Assembly: GCF_006345805.1 (NCBI RefSeq)
Contig: NC_043010.1
Location: 31,434,001-31,498,000, forward strand
Source of the DNA: Octopus sinensis
Taxonomy: Eukaryota
DNA length: 64,000 bases
Direction: 5' to 3'
The position numbers were made by a program, and so were the translations under genes. This document shows, piece after piece, positions 38,401 through 51,254 of the stretch. Each line of letters begins with the position of its first letter. The first letter of the stretch is position 1. The notes beneath the pieces are model-generated. The model was not told where the DNA came from. It was given only the letters and a program-made list of their open reading frames with translations, and made no database searches.

Positions 38401-39689
38401 AATGTTTGTGTTGTATTATAAGAATGTATTTCTGTACTGCTATCTTGCTTACCCCAATGGCATTTGATGGAGTCTATTTTCTGTACATTTTTAGTATTTA
38501 TTGTACCTGTGCACAAAACCTATTTTCCTAGATAACCTTCCTCTAAGACTCCAGCACCTCTTGTGTCCATAGCTTGCCCTGGGTACATCTTATGGAATTT
38601 CTTCTCACACCTTTCCTACAGATTGAGCAGAGGATTTGTGATTTACATGAAAAAATTGTGGTAGGTGAAACAGTACGAAAAAGTAGAAGGAAAGAGGATT
38701 AAAAGAGGAGAAGGAGGCAAAATCAAGAGTGACATGAAGGAGAAAGATAAAGTTATGGTGAATTGAAGAATAAGATAGGGTTTAATGGAGTAATAGGAAG
38801 GGAAAGAGAAGGAAGTTGGAATGTGGGCAATCTGTGTGGAAGGGGAATTGAGGAAGAGGAGGGTGGATGTGTGCAGGAGGTTAGGTGGAGAGGCCAGGGT
38901 GCAAGATTTGTGGGGTGGGGATCAAGGAAAGAAGGTACAAGTTGTGGTGGTTGGAAAATAGCAAGGGGACTGGAGATGTGGGAGTTTTGGTGAAGGAAGA
39001 AATCTGTGAGAAGGTGGTGGAGGTCAGGAGAAAGTGATGTCAGAAATATTTTCTGTACATTTTTAGTATTTATTATAGTCAAGGTTTGCTGATGGTACAG
39101 CTGAAAAGTTCAGGATTGAAAGTAGGGACTGGAGGCTTCATACTGGTGGCACAAGATCAAAGCCTGTTTACCAAAAATTATGATGATATGGTGCCAAGTT
39201 TGAATATGAAATGCTGTTCCTTCCACTTCCTTGAGAATGTGGATCCATAATGTGTAGTAATGCTGCACACTGATGAGTGATGGAATGGGCAACAAGTTGA
39301 CCTGGCATACATAGTAGTACACTGTAAATGTGCTCCTGAAAGTGATCAACAAAGTGTCAGCCTGTTTCCTCAATGTAAAGGACACTGCAAATTTTACATA
39401 TGGTGCAGTATATAAGGATAGACAATGTGTGAAAGGTGTTCTGAGTAATATGATATTGTAATATAAGCCCAGTGATAGTTGTAGTTTTGTTAATATAGGT
39501 AAGGATATGTATATATACTTATATATGGATGCACACAGATACATTTATAAGTGAATTTGTGTATATATATGTATGTGTGTGTGTGTATTTGATTGTTTAT
39601 AAACATGTGTGTAGAGCTATGTGAGTGCTTATATATGTGCTTGTGCATGCATGAAAGAGTGAAAATGTTATGCACACCCATGTGTGTGT

Positions 39690-41215
39690 GTGTGTGTATA
39701 AAAGGTGTGGAAGAGCTACTATGAAAGGCAATTAAATGTGGAGAATGAATGGGAGAACCTCCATGTGAACCCAACAGAAAGACCAACTATCCTAGTTGAC
39801 AGCAGCATGATAGATAAAGTATTCAAAGATATAAAGACAGGGAAAACCCCTGGTCCATCACAAGACACTGCTGAAATGCTTAAGCTGTCTGGAAGAGTTA
39901 GATATGGTCTAGTCATCCATATAGTTATTCAAGTTATTCAGGAAGGTGCAATCCCCAGTGACTGGTGTAGCAGCATCATAGTCAGTTGCTATAAGAGTAA
40001 GGGAGCTGCTTTATATAGAATTACAGAGGCATCAAATTGCTGGACCAAGTGATGAAAGTTGCAGAGAAAGTTATAACCCAATTAATTTAGAACAGAACGA
40101 GACTAGATGAAATGCAATTTGGCTTTGTTCAGGAGAAAGCACCACTGATGCTATTTTCATAATCAGGCAACTGCAAGGGAAGTATTTGACATTTGTTGAT
40201 CTGAAGAAAGCCTTTGACACAGTACCTGTTCTGTGATTTGGTGATTTGAGAAGCTAGGGTTTCATGGCTTGTACTGATTATGAAAGCAAAAATCAGACAG
40301 GACCTTACCCACTTCAGGTAAATGGCTCTGTTCAATATGTAGAAAGGGTGTAGGAAGAAATTCCATTTGGTATACCCAGTGCAAGCTATGAATACACAAA
40401 GGGTGCAGTGGAATAGTAGGAAGGTTAACAGAGAAAATAGTGTTTGTATGTGAAAGATGTATAGGAACTATAACAACTACAGGTACATGGGAAACTGATT
40501 TCCTCAAATGTCCTGGAGGTGCTCTGGAAGTACTTGATAATTTCTGCTACCTAGATGACTTAATAAAGCTGTGGAGGAGGATGTACTGAAAGTGTAACTA
40601 CTAGAAAAAGATTAAGGCAGAGAAAGTTTAGAGAGCTTTTACTTCTGTTAGCAACCAAAAGTCTCTCTCTCTCTCTGAATAAAAAGAAGATTGTATGATG
40701 CATGTGTACGAACTGCAATGCCACATGCTAATGAGACATGGGCCCCGAATGCACAGGATATGCAAAGACTAGAGAGGAATAAAGCTGGTATGCTCCACTG
40801 GATATGCAATGCCAGTATTCATGTGCAACTGAGTGCTAGTGCATTGAGAAAAAAGTTAGACTTAAGAGGAATTAGATGCAGTGTGCAAGAGAGAGAACAG
40901 TGCTGGTTTCGTTATGTAATGGATAAGGATGAGGACAGTTGTATAAAGAAGTGTTGCTCACTTAAAGTGATGGAAGTTGTGGAAGACAGAGACATGAGAC
41001 AAGGTACTGAAGGCCAATCTCAAAATACTGAGCCTTTGAGAGGTGACAAAGGACTGAGGTATATGGCATGTTGCTGTACTCTAGACAACCTGCCCACAAC
41101 AGAACAGAACAGAACTGATATCCCAAAACCACCTTTGCAATGCTTGCCAATGAAGGGCACTGGTGCTAGAGCTATGTAAAAAGCACGCAGTACACTCTGT
41201 AAAGTGATTGGTATT
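39690..41215 (+). mobile_element. Degenerate, internally deleted RTE LINE
   Basis: [45 protein letters not shown] motifs. Confidence 0.85.
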
Positions 41216-42560
41216 AGGAAATTAATATGCAAAATTGGTGTGCTAATCTGATGACTTTGCTTGCTGTGGGGAGGTTGTCTCTCTCGTCAGTACAATGAAC
41301 TGTACTTTGTTTGTAGCTAAAAAGTTTCTGACTCTTGTTTCTAGCAATGCGGGTGCTGTTTGCACCCTTAGTCACTTCTTTAAAAGACTTCCAAAAATCC
41401 AGTGCATCAACACTTACCAACTCCCCAACTCTATCCTCAAAACTTGATCTTGTTTCTTCTTCCTTCAGTTTCCATGCCTTTCTCCTCTCAACTGTTTCCT
41501 TTCTCACATACTTTTTAACTTTCCTCTTATTCAAGTCAGCAACCACTAACCTGTGCTGCAACTCCCCCTGATATTGTCTTTACATCTCTCAGATATTTTT
41601 TGCTTTTCCTGCCAACCAACATAAAATCAATCTCTGTCTCATTCCCTCCTGCACTGAAAGTCACCTTCCTTTTCTCTGTTTTCCTAAACCACATATTCGC
41701 CACACACAACACTTTCTCATTACAAAATTCCAATGGCATCCTTCCTTCCAAATTTCTCTCCCCAATTCCATTTCCCCCAGGAACACCCCTCAAAGTCCTG
41801 GATCTATTTCCCAACATGCCCATTAAAATCACCCATACCCAAAACCAATTCATCTATCTTTTGTAAGTCTCACTCATTTGCCATTTCATCAAAGAACTTC
41901 TCTTTCTCAGCAATCCCTCTTCCACTTTGTGGACCATACCCACAAATCACCCTCACCACTTCTTCCTCAAATGCTAACACTACTGGCATCACTCTGTCAC
42001 TCTTTCTCCTGACCTCCACCACCTTCTCACAGATTTCTTCCTTCACCAAAACTCCCACATCTCCAGTCCCCTTGCTATTTTCCAACCACCACAACTTGTA
42101 CCTTCTTTCCTTGACTCCCCCACAAATCTTGCACCCTGGCCCCTCCACCTAACCTCCTGCACACATTCACCCTCCTCTTCCTCAATTCCCCTTCCACACA
42201 GACATTCCAACTTCACATTCTCACCCCAAGCTCCTCCTCAGCCATCATAAGGTAAGTCAAGCTTGTGCAACCCAGGATGAGGGTTTGCACCTTCCTTTTT
42301 CAGGTAGGCAGGTGCAACCAACACCAAACTTTGGGCTGGTTGGTGCCCATTCTCTTTTGTTATTATCATAAAACTTTTTTATTGCTGGAATTTCTAGGGG
42401 AGCATGCCTTTGCTTACCCCGAATGTCAGTTTCTAGATATGAGTGGTCCTGAGACCAAGGCCTCTACGATTTTTAAGAAATGTGGTGGGAAACTAGCTTG
42501 AGAAGGCAGGGACACTACTCCCTGAGACTCCTTTCAGAGATTCCCTATATACATACAAAG
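41216..42560 (-). mobile_element. RTE LINE 5' part (5' UTR + APE endonuclease), different subfamily
   Basis: RRYKLWWLENSKGTGDVGVLVKEE, VICGYGPQSGR, FSAGGNETEIDFMLV, QHRLVVADL. Confidence 0.85.
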
Positions 42561-42714
42561 GACAGATGGGGCTCCTTAGCTGTGGTGAAGGCAACCCATC
42601 TAGGAGAAACATACTTTGATATAAAACCAAGTCTCTGACTGCTGAAGGTCCTCTTAACAGAGCTCTTCATAAATATTTGGAGGGTAGACCATATAACACA
42701 GGACTTTAAAGATA

Positions 42715-44300
42715 TTTCAGTTTAACACCTTTATACGAAAGGAAACAGAAGTGTCTGTGATAATCATCATGGGATATCACTTCTGTCTATTGCTGGTAAG
42801 ATTCTTGCTTGACTCATTCAAAATTAAGAGCTGTTCATGGTGTTCATTGACCTTATTAAGGCCTTCAACATTGTTAACTGACAAGCACTTTGGAAAGTTC
42901 TGAAAAAGTTTCACATAGCTGACAAAATGTTGAATGTTATCATCTCCTTTCATGAGGGAATGTAAGCTGCTGTCGTGTCCAGCAGGGAATCTTCAGCTTC
43001 CTTTGATGTTACAAACAGCACAAAGCAAGGTTGTGTCATAGCTTGTTTTGTTTGTACTCTTCTTATCAGTGATGATGAAGTATACTTTTGGTGACTTAGA
43101 AAGGGTGTTAAATTCCAGTTTCAAATTAGTGGACTATTCAGTCATGTTTCAATACCAAAACAGTTACACACCAGTTTCATTTGTGATTTGCTTTTTGCAG
43201 ATGCTTCTGCACTAGTACCAGCCTCTTTAGAGGAAACTCAGGAACTTCTAGACCAGTTTTGTGTTGCATGTAAAGCCTTTGGCTTGACCAGCAACATAAA
43301 GAAGACAAAAGTGATCCACCAACCTTGCCCTACTCCTAAGCAAATTTGAGGTGTCAAGCAGAGGCTGCTGGTTCACAATTTCGAACACTCATATACAGGT
43401 TGACAGGAAAAACCTAAGTGAAGTATTGACATATCTTGGTAATAAAGAGAACTTGAGGGCTTACCTTGATGATGAAATCACCATCCATCTTGTGAAAGCA
43501 ACCAATGCATTTGGCAAACTTTGTCATTGCCTATGGAATGAAAGGGGCATTAAACTGGACACCAAAGTACAGGTCTATAAAGCTGCTATTATTACTACTC
43601 CCTTAAGATGGTGAGCCGGTAGAATTGATAGTGCACTGTACGAAATGCTTAGCAATATTTCACCTGTTGCTACACTCTGAGTTCAAAGTCCACTGAGGTC
43701 GACTTGCGTTTCAGCCTTTCAGGGTTGATAAAATAAGTACCAGTTGAACACTGGGATTGATGTAATCGACCCATTCCCACCTCCCCCAAGCTGCCCTTAT
43801 GGCAAAAATTTGAAATAATTATTACAACTCTCTTACATGGCTTAGGATCATGGACACCCTATAGGTGGCACATTAACCAACTAGACATCTTTCACAAAGG
43901 ATGTCTCGGAACAATTTGCAGTTATTCACTAAATGACAAAGTGTCTAATGTCGACCTGTTTAGCAAGTGTAAGATTGGTAGAATTGAAAGCTTTCTAATA
44001 GTCACAAATGCACTGAGCTGGTCATGTCATCAAAATGAGTGACAAAAGTATACCCCAAAGTCCTCATGTACAGCCAACTTGATAATGGGCACAGGAATGT
44101 TGTCGATCATAGCTCAGCTATAAGAACAAGCTGAAGAGTAACCTCTCAGCAGTCAATATGGCTCACAACACCTTTGAATAAACAAAATGCAGATTCTTGT
44201 GTCAAAATGGCATAAGAAACTTTGTTTCAACCAGCATTAATAGGCTTAGGGCTGCAAATATACTGCCTTCACTGACTTGTAATCTTCATACTTGCAACAT
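42715..44300 (+). mobile_element. BovB-like RTE LINE RT remnant, interrupted by a SINE at ~43610-43830
   Basis: KGNRSVCDNHHGISLLSIAGKILA, FIDLIKAF, LLFADASAL, KATNAFGKL..LWNERGIKLDTKVQVYKA. Confidence 0.8.
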
Positions 44301-45299
44301 TGGAGGACTTCTTTGCAAATCATTGCCAGGACTCAATATGTAAATTTCACATTTGACATTAGTATTATGACTAACAAAGAAAGTGTAGCTTGTTGGATCC
44401 TCATATGTTGAAACTGATAGGAGTCTATCATATGTCTGTATATATATCTATATAGATATAACATATATGGGTATGTATATAGGTACACACATACATATAT
44501 GTGTATACATTAAGTATGTAACATAGATGCTACTTTACTTTAATACTGTCTTAATTGCATATACCAAGATACATATATATATATATATCATATAGACATA
44601 TATATATGTATATTAACATGGTCAGTGTAAGAAGTAACACATCTTTCTTAAAAGATTTATGATCTTTCATGATAGATTTAAAGAAAAACCCAGTCTATCC
44701 TTAGATATATAACACTACTGACCTTCCACAAAAATACAGAAAATCTTACAGGAGTTCATACATTAACTACACCAATGTGTACGCCATAAGCTGAAAATTG
44801 GTGAGTCAAAGTGCCTAGTGGTATTTAGTTCAGTTACATACCTTTTGTGAACTAAACCACTGAAATGACCACATTTGATAAAATAAGTACCAATAAAATA
44901 CTGGCATCAATAACATCAACTGAAAAAACTTCAAAGGCAATGTTCCATCTGCAATGACTGAAACTAGTAAAGAAAATACTAGTTTATTTTTTTTGTTCCA
45001 GTGTGATGAAATGGTATATTTGTCAAGTAGAAACCTTGTCTTCCATTTTTTAATTAATAGATGATGAGAAAATGTCAAAAATATTAAACATTTCTAATTA
45101 ACAAACTATGTACTTTATCTGCAAGCTAGTTGCTTTAGAAATAGTTGCTTCTTGAATTCTTTGGAGAAATACCTTTCTTAAAGTGTTACATATTTCAGTA
45201 CTATTTTATTCATTTAAAGTTATAAAGTGATATTAATGCCCACTAACATGAATAATTTTGAAACAAAAATTTTTATATCATTTAGGAATGTTTTTTTCC

Positions 45300-46030
45300 C
45301 CCCAAGTTTTCTGCATTTGAGGAAAGACAGTGGCTATAATGTCTTCTTTGATGCACCTGATCTTCAGCTTGAAACTCATAGGTTGAGATGTTCCAGAGTG
45401 AGAAGGTTGGGAATGAGTTTAGTAGAGTTTTCTGTGTGTCCAGTTACTCTTCTTGGTGGCAGGCATCAGCTAAGTAATCTTTTTTACATGCAACCTTTAA
45501 CAAACAGCAGTAAGGAATGACACATTTAGAAAAAGAGCTTCAAGATATCACGGATCCTCTAACCTCAACTGAATGTTTACAACAGAGTGATCTCTACTAA
45601 GAGCACCCTTAGACTAGAGTGTGTTGTTAAACCAGAGAGCAGGTTGGGCCAATCACACATGAATTTTAACATGGCACTAGCACATAAGAGCTTATTTTAC
45701 TGAACTCTGGTTGTTCTACTTTTTAAGCTGTCATCTTTCATTGTCTTGAGTCACTCTTTCTTCACTGACAGTCAGTTTGGATGCCATAAGGCTTGAAGTA
45801 CCAGGTAATTGCTTCTCTCTGTCAATTATCAATGGTCTCATCTTTCCTTTGAAAATTTCATTGAAAGCGGAGTTTATTGCCCTTAAGATCAAAGACTTCA
45901 ACAGCATCTGATGTCAAAACAACTAACCTGCCTGTCTACTGTTTTTATGTCTCTCAATGTTGACTTGGGGTTTCTGCCAGATCACAATATTACAGTACAG
46001 TCTCTGACCTACATTCGTTCAACAGCTATG
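45300..46030 (+). mobile_element. Very old CR1/L2-like LINE RT remnant
   Basis: DSQFG..ARSTG-like motif at ~45770 followed by a VIALKIKDF (xALDISKAF-like) segment. Confidence 0.4.
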
Positions 46031-46139
46031 TAAGGATGGGAAAAGTATTTAATAATGAGCAAAAAATCTAATTAGAAAACACTAAGTAATTAGTTTTAAC
46101 CAGCTCAAATAAGGTAGGTAAATGGGAAGCTAGATGTAA

Positions 46140-47170
46140 AGGCAGGGAACCATTGATATTCTTTTCTTAAAGACTACATGAGAACATTTTTTAGCTAAGA
46201 GCAAGCCACTGTACCTAGCATATATAAAGAAGTATTTGACAAGGTTCCACAATCTGTGGTATAGTCACTAAAAAAACAAAGTGTAGTACTTACTTGTGAA
46301 AGCGGTGAAAACTATGTACATGGTTGTTGTCTAAAAGTTTAGTATGCTATTAGGTGTCCATCAGAGTTCATTTCTCAATCCACTCCTATTAATTATGCTA
46401 TGTTAAACTTCTTTTATGGACAATTCTCCAAGATCAACCAGTTAAATATTTAGTGAGAAAATTCCAATTATAGAAATAAACAGAGAATGAAGAGGTTTAA
46501 AGTAATCCTAGCAAAGACAAATGTCTTAGTATGGAAGAATACTAAATTCTGTCATTAAGGATAAGGTAGAAAAGGTGTAAGGATGAATTTTATACAGTAT
46601 ACCTAATATAAACTATGGAGGCACAAGAGATACAATGGGTACCCAAACAAGCAGACAGATGACTTTATGTGCATCAGATGCATGGTAGATGCTACCTAGG
46701 TGACATAATCAGCAGTGGAAGTGATTGTTCTATAAGTATAGTAGCCAGAGAAAAAAACTGGAAAAGTTCAAGGAACTATTGTTTACTTAAAACAGAGGGA
46801 TTATCCAAGTGAAAGACAGATTGTATAGTGCTTGCACCACAAAGTGTGATTTTGCATAGTAGCAGACCATGGAAACTGATTGCAAAGGATGTGTGAAAAC
46901 AGAGATATAGAAGCCAAATGAGTTAAGAGAAAAACTGTGTGTATATAAGTAATCAGGTGTTGTGGACAAGAGAGAACACTCAGCTAGTATAGATATGTGG
47001 TGTACATAATGGATGGCAAATGGGTAAAGAAATGCCAATGATCTGAGAAGAAGGAACCGGTTGCAAAAGAGGAAAAACAAGGAAGCTATGGGAACAAGTA
47101 GTGAAAGCTGTCTCAGAATGCTGAGCATAACAAATGGCAAGATGTTGTACTGAAGACATGTAATAAGAAA
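46140..47170 (+). mobile_element. Highly degenerate RTE remnant
   Basis: KEVFDKVPQ, GVHQSSFL and a 3' segment similar to the other RTE copies. Confidence 0.5.
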
Positions 47171-47484
47171 ATGGATGCAAAATGTTAAGATATGCTAACA
47201 TCTAAACTAATTTATTTGTATTGCTGTAACTATCAACAAGTTTGAAAAAAAAAAGTAAAAGAAAAAGATCAAAAACAAAATACATTTTAACCCAAGTTTT
47301 CTTTTTTGTTTAGGAAATAGGCATAAAAAAATATATCTGATGCACTATATATATATATATACATATATATATATAAAACTATATATTTATTATAAGCAGT
47401 TATCTCATATTTTAACTGATAATTTAAAAAACAAAATAATAAAAGAAACTACATCAATAAATGGATATAAACACATGTAAATTA

Positions 47485-47524
<40 letters not shown>

Positions 47525-47721
47525 GAAAAGGAAATTAATTTTTGTATTACAAATTAATGACAAAATATATATAGAAAAATATCATTACTGAGTGATATGA
47601 TAAATTACTATAAGTTAGTTTCTCCAAACTATACTCGTTATTCATCTGATGAGGTAATTTTTTCATTAATTTTTTTTTTCAATTTATTTCAACAGTTAAA
47701 ATATAAGACAGCCTTAGTAAC

Positions 47722-48087
47722 CTATTGCTTTTCATCTTGCTCAATGTTAGAGTTTCTTTTGTTCCCACTGATTTTCATTTTACTTGTATAATCTGCCAGA
47801 ATGTCAGCAGTCACCTCGTCATATTTTTTCCAGATCCTTTCCACACTAGCCTCATAAGTTGCCAGGGAATCTGCAACTCTCTTGTGGTATTCTGTAACAG
47901 CTTCTGGAGTTTTTTCACTTTCCATTAACATCAAAGCAACCTTCAGTGAATTTTCATAAGCTAAACGCAGCACATCCATGTGTTGCTGGTGTTTGTCATA
48001 CATGACAGAAAGCTTCTGTTCAAACACCTGCCGTGGGCCATGGTAAGAACCACCCCAGCTACGCCATGTGGAAGATTTTTTCATCAT
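47722..48087 (-). CDS. Uncharacterised 121-aa helical protein with 11-residue periodicity, whole CDS in one exon
   Basis: Uninterrupted ATG..TAG ORF in non-repetitive sequence; aagATG context; polypyrimidine tract plus ttccAG acceptor (exon starts 48173); in-frame TGA between acceptor and ATG; AATAAA on the minus strand at 47688-47683 and 47391-47386; Y67/Y78/Y89/Y100 spacing. Confidence 0.6.
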   Translation of the reverse strand: MMKKSSTWRSWGGSYHGPRQVFEQKLSVMYDKHQQHMDVLRLAYENSLKVALMLMESEKTPEAVTEYHKRVADSLATYEASVERIWKKYDEVTADILADYTSKMKISGNKRNSNIEQDEKQ

Positions 48088-49989
48088 CTTTCTGCTTCCC
48101 GCCAGGAGTTGTTGAGACGAAAAAAGAATGAGTGTTGAAGATGAAAGTCAGCAAATATGAAGCTGGTTTAGATCTGGAAAAAGGGGAAAAAAAATTAATT
48201 ATTATTATAATAGTTTTACTGTTATATACAAAAATATGTTTACAAGAATACACGCACACATACATTGTTAGTCTCAAAAATTTTGTCAACTGAGAAAGAT
48301 AATTTACATGATAAATAAAGGTTTATTTATTTTCTGTTTTATATTTAAAATCCAAGAAAATATTATTTTCTTTTGTTGCTATCATTTAATAATTAAACCT
48401 CATTCATGTACTAAGATTATCTTCCATTTTATTCAATGTGATTTCAGTTCATAGAAAGGGTACACTCACATGTGTGTATATTTGTTGTTTGTTTTAAAAT
48501 ATACTTTAAACATTTGAAATATTAATCTAAATGACTGAAATGTGTGTTATAGAAAAAATTTTTTTTAAATGGTTTTCAAAAAAAGACTTAGAAGGGAAAC
48601 AATTATAAATGATGGTAGACCAATGCTGAAATGACCTAATTTGCAAAGTTCCAACAAAGAATGTATCAAACAATTATAGATTAATTTATATGAAAGAAAA
48701 AAAAAACAAACAAACAAACAAACAAACAACATTAACTGGAAATGCAAAGTTGAATAAGTTATTTTGTTGGCCATGCTAATTATTTAGTTTAGAAAAAACT
48801 GTGTGGATTGATAAAGGTTACAATAATATAAATATTCTACATATGGCCATGCTAAGCATGAACATTCCCAAAGACATAAAATCTTTAGTAGATCTTTCTT
48901 GGGAAAGTTCACATATACTTACAATTAGATGCACATAAAAGAGCATACAACAGTATAATGAAGAAGTTAAAACAGAGCTATTCTGTGATGATTGACTTGG
49001 CCATCCATTGATATGTCCCACATTATGACAACGTATTTCATCGTCTGCATGACTGGCCTGTACAATGTACCTCACTGACTGACACTACTTACTGACACTA
49101 CTTACTGAGTCTGTCCACTATTTATTAATAGTGGACCAGCCCATTTCTCACCTGGGGGTGTCCGCCACAACACCTTCCCCCTTTGAGATATTTTTCTTCT
49201 TTCAACACACTTTTTTTTTCATTTCTTTTTCTTCTAACCTGAATTATTTTTCTCTTCTTATTTAGATTTCTTTCTTGTTCCACACAGAATTACGTATTTT
49301 TTTTCTAAGTAAAAATCTTCAAAATGCCGCAGGTGGTACCAGTATACATTGTTTAATGGTAGCGTATGGACTTATTATTATTATTTTTTTTTTGTTCCAT
49401 ACAGAACCAGATTTTTTTTCTTCAAAATGCTACAGGTAGTACCAGTCTACATTGTTTATTAGTAGCACTACTACATATAGTAACCTGACTTAAATCCTTT
49501 ACATGGACTTATTATTTTTCACTGTGTGTGGTTCAGTTCTGTGTTAGAGTTCCAGGTTTATCAGACATTTTTTTTCTTCAGAATCTTTTTTTATATATTT
49601 TTCACTGTGTGTAGTTCAGATCCCATCTTGGGATTTTAAACATTTTTTCACTATATGAGCTCTGAATCCTCGTTGCCATTATGACGACGCATTTTGTCAT
49701 CTGCATGACTGGCCCATACAACATACCTCACTAACTGAGTCTGTCCACTATTTATTAGAGTGGACCAGCCCACTCCTCAGCTGGGGGTGTCCACCACAAC
49801 ATCCATACATACAAGTATGTCCTTCACATACACACATCTGTCCTCTGTTACACCCCTCCCCCACACTCCACCCCACCTATTTCTCTCTCTCTCTGGGATA
49901 GCTAGGTATCTCCTCTGTAGTGGGAATATTCAGCAATCACTTGATATCATGATTCGCTAGAATATTGCCTATGTGATCAACAAAATTTG

Positions 49990-51100
49990 ACCAATCATGA
50001 CTTCACATCGAATAGGCTCCAAGAATGATTTTTTTTTTGCTCTTGGCGTGCTTCATTCTGAGCCTATTGAGCAGTATAAACTTAGTAGCAGTCATAAACA
50101 TTAGACAGAGAGCTTTGGCATGTAGCAGAGAAAGCACTGACTGACACTGTAGGAGTTGACCAACAGAGGCAGCAGACAGCAGCTGACAAAAGGCAACGAG
50201 GGCAAACAACATTAGAAGTCAGTAGCCAACAAGCAACTAGCCACACTTTATCAGCTACTACAACTACACCAAGAACAAAATCTCTCTATTTTCTCATTCA
50301 TAGTAATGATAACTATCATTTCTTGTGTATGGAAAGAATAAGGTGACCAAAACACAAAAAATAGCAGTTAGTACTAAACATTTAAAGAACATTTTTTAAA
50401 TTTCGCAGCCTCATTTTCCAACACAATTAACCAGGACCTGCAACATTGAAATATCTTTTGGACATCATCAACACATATCACTGTGTGATTCCATGTTTTG
50501 GATGCATAACCCAACAGTTTATCTATCTAGAAGTGCAGTTTTCATCCATGTGCATTACATCAGACAGCACATGCATGTCTCACATAATCAGTCTCACATA
50601 ATCACCAGAGATTCTGCTGGAGATCTAGGATTCTCTAGATGTCATCATTTCGTATGAAACTCTTAAGTGAGAGTTATTAATTAAATGCATCTAGAGTTCC
50701 AGCAGTAATGGTTGTCTCAGCTTCTTATCACAGAGGAATTGAGCAACAAGAAGCATTCTCAACTTCTCTGGCACATGAAGCGGTTGCTAGGCAACAACAC
50801 CATGGACTCAAGTGATATTCAAGCAGCTATTCATCAAGCGTTTAGCAACCACCATCCAGTATTTCCTTGCTGCTACAAGAGTCAACATGCATAGAGGATT
50901 TGGCAGAGCTAGTAGATAACATTGCAGAAGTATCCACACCTTCAACAGTTGCATTAGTAGCACCGCCCAAGGAACCAATAAGATCTTGTTGTTCTTCTCC
51001 TTTCTCTTCATCTCCTGTCTGTTTCTTCAGATTCTTCATCATCTACGAACTATGTGGTAGTGGATCTCTGAGCTCAATTCATGGACAGAGATAGGCAGAT
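49990..51100 (+). mobile_element. Ty3/Gypsy remnant: LTR-like segment, PBS-like ggtgacc at 50342, decayed gag
   Basis: QLLITEELSNKKHSQLLWHMKRLLG and IEDLAELVDNIAEV resemble the Gypsy gag QLLxxEELGDRKPSQLLRHM motif. Confidence 0.65.
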
Positions 51101-51254
51101 AAGTAACTTATTGGCATAGATGCAAATCCCACCATACCACGAGGGTATTCGTCAGGCCTGACAAGTGGCTAATGGAGTACCCTTCATTTGGGTAATTATT
51201 CCAAGGTTCTGCTTGCTAGGAAACATGTAGCTTGGATTTTATCAACTCCATTTC

